DNA from: Candidatus Latescibacterota bacterium
GTDB taxonomy: Bacteria > Latescibacterota > UBA2968 > GCA-2709665
Direction: 5' to 3'
Length of the DNA: 64,000 nucleotides
Assembly (NCBI GenBank): GCA_965226795.1
Contig: CBDDDZ010000004.1
Location: forward strand, 480,001-544,000
Shown here piece after piece: positions 61,169-64,000 of the stretch; positions within the stretch are counted from its first letter, which is position 1; each line of letters begins with the position of its first letter. The notes under the pieces are model-generated. The model saw nothing but the letters and a program-made list of their open reading frames with translations. It had not been told where the DNA came from and searched no databases. Position numbers and translations under genes: made by a program.

Positions 61169-61699
61169 CTAATCCAGGAGTCCCTCAACGTTCTTCACGA
61201 CCAGACGCCCGCCCTCCAGGTCGATCCGAACCAGATCCCGTGCGGCGGGTACCAAAAGTTCCCTTCCATCTTCCCTGTTGACCACGTACAGATCGTTTCC
61301 GGGATGGGAAATCACATCGATCACCTGCCCGACTTCCAAACCTGCTTCCGTCTCAACCTTCAACCCCACGATCTCAAAAACATAAAACGTATCTTCAGGA
61401 AGCCGGTACACCTCGTCGGCGGTGACCAGCAACTCGCTTCCCCGAAGCGGCGCAACAGCGGCGGGCGTGTCTATATCGAGGAATTTTATGGCCATACGCC
61501 GTCCAAGGTTCCGAACCCGGTCGATCCCGAGTGTCACCCGGTTCCCGTCGGGTTTTTCGACCAGAACTTGCTTGAGATCCTCAAACCGTTCCGGAAAATC
61601 CGTCAGAGGATGCAGGAACGCCTCACCCCGGAGGCCTTTGGGTTTCAGAACTCTGCCGATGGCGACGTATCGTTCCCGATCTGCCGGATTTCGGGACAA
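61169..61699 (-). CDS. rimM: Ribosome maturation factor RimM
   Basis: IGRVLKPKGLRGE, FYVFEIVG, ELLVP; position between rpsP and trmD. Confidence 0.95.
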   Translation of the reverse strand: MSRNPADRERYVAIGRVLKPKGLRGEAFLHPLTDFPERFEDLKQVLVEKPDGNRVTLGIDRVRNLGRRMAIKFLDIDTPAAVAPLRGSELLVTADEVYRLPEDTFYVFEIVGLKVETEAGLEVGQVIDVISHPGNDLYVVNREDGRELLVPAARDLVRIDLEGGRLVVKNVEGLLD

Positions 61700-61702
61700 G
61701 GA

Positions 61703-62008
61703 CTATTCCTCGGCTTCAGGTTCGGTTTCGGCCGATTCGTCCGTATCCGTTTCGGATGTGCTGCCCGGGCTCAGTATTCCCTGCTGCCGAAGCAGACTCT
61801 TCACCGTTCCTGACGGCTCAGCGCCCAAATCCAGCCAGTGGCGCGTCCGCTCAGCGTTCAACCGTAAAACCTCCGGATTCTCGGTTGGATCGTAATATCC
61901 CAGGCTTTCAATGAACCGACCGTCCCTTGGGGACCGGCTGTCTGCGACCACGACCCTGTAAAACGGCGCATTCCTGGCTCCTTTTCGGGTCAATCGAATC
62001 CTTACCAA
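61703..62008 (-). CDS. rpsP: 30S ribosomal protein S16
   Basis: [38 protein letters not shown] + TTG start. Confidence 0.97.
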   Translation of the reverse strand: MVRIRLTRKGARNAPFYRVVVADSRSPRDGRFIESLGYYDPTENPEVLRLNAERTRHWLDLGAEPSGTVKSLLRQQGILSPGSTSETDTDESAETEPEAEE

Positions 62009-62335
62009 AATCCATCCTCCTAATTTGAAAACAAGCTGTCAGCCTTCAGCTTTCAGCGGTCAGACCACCCATCCCACAACCATTCGGGGGTCGGGTGGAA
62101 GGGGCTGACCGCTGCATGCCGAGCGCTTATCGCTTAGAGACTCACACATCAGCCGATGCAACAACCTTATGGTGTACGAACGGCATTGTTGACTACTTGG
62201 ATGCCATGCATCTCGACGATTTCAACATCTGTTTCAACGACCCGGAATTCAAGAACGCGCAGACGAACGCGATTGTTGGATGCCAATCGCATTGCCGGTC
62301 AGCCGGCCGCTGCTTTCCTGAAAATGGACTTCGAT

Positions 62336-63664
62336 TCAACCCAGAAACGGAACAGGCGCACCGCGGCCCTGTTTCTCCGTCCGCGACATCCGTTTCATCA
62401 TCTTGCGAATCATCCCGAACTGCTTGATCAACCTGTTGACTTCCTGGATGCTACACCCGCTGCCTTTCGCAATGCGTCGGCGCCTGCTACCGTTCAGGAT
62501 CTGGGGGCCTGCCCGTTCCTGCCGTGTCATTGACAGGATAATCGCTTCAGTATGCACAAACGCGTCTTCATCCAACTGCATGCCCTTCATTGCCTTTCCC
62601 GCCCCGGGGATCAGGTCCATCAGCTGGTTTAATGGCCCCATCTTGCGAACCTGATCCAGCTGCTGCAGAAAGTCGTCGAATGTAAATGCGGCGCTTCGCA
62701 GCTTCTTCTCGAGCTTCTGCGCCTGATTCACATCCACCGCGTCCTGAGCCCGCTCCACCAGCGTCACGACGTCGCCCATACCCAGAATCCGGGAGGCCAT
62801 CCGATCCGGATGAAACGGCTCGATGCCGTCCACCTTTTCGCTGACGCCCACGTACTTGATGGGTACACCCGTGACTTCACGGATCGACAGCGCCGCGCCA
62901 CCGCGCGTATCGCTATCGAGACGCGTAAGTACCACTCCCGTAAAGTTGAGTTGCTCGTAAAACGCCGTCGCCGCTGAAACCGCATCCTGCCCTGTCATCC
63001 CGTCCGCCACAAACAGAATCTCACCCGGCGAAACCGCGTCACGTATCCGCTCCAACTCCCCCATCCGCTCATCGTCCACGTGCAACCGGCCGGCCGTATC
63101 CAGAATCACGGGGTCCATCCCGTCCGCGTGCGCCGCGTCCACGGCCTCGGCGCAAATCAAGGCCGGATCGGTCCCCTCCGCCGCCCGGTGGACCGGCACG
63201 TCTATTGACGCGCCGAGTACGCAAAGCTGGTCGATAGCTGCCGGTCGGTAAATATCAGCGGCCACAAGGAGCGGCCGCAGTCCCTTCCCTTTCAGGAGTC
63301 GAGCCAGCTTGGCGCACAGCGTCGTCTTGCCCGACCCCTGCAGGCCGACAACCATCACGACGTTGGGCGCCGATCCCGTCAGATTCAACCCCTGGTGCTC
63401 GTCTCCCATGAGGTGAATCAACTCGTCGTGGACGACCTTGACTACCTGCTGGCCGGGCGTAATGCTTCGCAACACCTCCCGCCCGATCGCCCGCTCTCTT
63501 ACACGGGCAATAAACGACCGCGCCACTTTATAGTTGACGTCCGCCTCCAGGAGCGCGCGGCGTACGTCTCTTAGCGCTTCATCGATATTGGCTTCGGCCA
63601 ACCTGCCCCGGCCACGAAGCTTTTTGAAAACCCCTTCCAGCTTTTCCGTGAGATGATCGAACAT
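62336..63664 (-). CDS. ffh: Signal recognition particle protein
   Basis: MFDHLTEKL, GLQGSGKTT, DTAGRL, FHPDRMASRILGMGD, SRRRRIAKGSG. Confidence 0.97.
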   Translation of the reverse strand: MFDHLTEKLEGVFKKLRGRGRLAEANIDEALRDVRRALLEADVNYKVARSFIARVRERAIGREVLRSITPGQQVVKVVHDELIHLMGDEHQGLNLTGSAPNVVMVVGLQGSGKTTLCAKLARLLKGKGLRPLLVAADIYRPAAIDQLCVLGASIDVPVHRAAEGTDPALICAEAVDAAHADGMDPVILDTAGRLHVDDERMGELERIRDAVSPGEILFVADGMTGQDAVSAATAFYEQLNFTGVVLTRLDSDTRGGAALSIREVTGVPIKYVGVSEKVDGIEPFHPDRMASRILGMGDVVTLVERAQDAVDVNQAQKLEKKLRSAAFTFDDFLQQLDQVRKMGPLNQLMDLIPGAGKAMKGMQLDEDAFVHTEAIILSMTRQERAGPQILNGSRRRRIAKGSGCSIQEVNRLIKQFGMIRKMMKRMSRTEKQGRGAPVPFLG

Positions 63665-64000
63665 GAGGCCGACCTGTCGTTGATCCTGAAATGGGACACA
63701 GAACTTTAAAAATACGGGACGACAGGATTTTACGCAACAAAAAACTCCAAAATCAGGCGCTCTTCGGAAGTACGGCGCATGCTGTCGCAACGATGCGCGG
63801 CCGCGAGCCGAAGTACGCCCGGGAGTTGATGTCAATGAGGGGGCGTAAGTTAGGTGAAAGTTCGCCCAGTCGATGGTCCCATGCCTGCGGGACACGCCGA
63901 ATTCCGGATCCGGTGGGACCCGCTAAGTGTCTAGGCCAGTCCCGCCAATCCCGCACGCCTCAACGCAGCCACGTTTTCAACCACCTTGCCATCCCGAAAC

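Noticed and set aside
63665..63895. 77-aa N-terminal extension of Ffh in the ORF track (likewise extensions at 17413, 37678, 16253, 13085)
   Set aside because: Family homology, and in most cases an RBS, point to downstream starts; the extensions overlap other genes or promoters
63700..63960. Possible SRP RNA (ffs) next to ffh
   Set aside because: The conserved domain IV motif (CAGG..GGAA..AGCAG) was not found on either strand by eye
63930..64000. Possible 3' end of a minus-strand CDS (FRDGKVVENVAALRRAGLAGLA*)
   Set aside because: Too short to assign a frame or product with confidence

Overview
GC-rich bacterial chromosome segment. The expanded DUF6785-type transporters, PhyH dioxygenases and DUF3098 next to rplS suggest a Latescibacterota/Gemmatimonadota/Poribacteria-like organism (inference only). 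All family assignments come from motif recognition by eye; no database searches were run. Layout: (1) 1-9.7 kb, a decaying defence island with a P-loop NTPase, Mrr-like nuclease, AlbA/Schlafen protein, ImmA/IrrE-DUF4411 pair, collapsed type I RM remnants, TA/ATPase relics and two nested pairs of att-like repeats. (2) 9.9-21.3 kb, accessory genes: metallophosphoesterase-propeller, TA pair, glycosidase-like proteins, VOC proteins, DoxX and a broken HIRAN gene. (3) 21.8-40.5 kb, an intact co-directional catabolic cluster built around three paralogous OPT-like (DUF6785/DUF6784) transporters with unusual GH42-fold, dioxygenase, amidohydrolase, deacetylase and transglutaminase-like enzymes. (4) 40.5-42.2 kb, a translationally coupled nuclease-TPR-unknown cassette. 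(5) 42.5-50.7 kb, a frameshifted oxygenase-MMPL-LolA-barrel-dioxygenase operon and other pseudogenes. (6) 50.7-59.5 kb, two IS630-derived MITEs carrying REP-like units, a metal transport operon, GNAT and epimerase. (7) 59.5-64 kb, the core ffh-rpsP-rimM-trmD-rplS-DUF3098-tRNA-Val operon. No CRISPR array or rRNA was seen.
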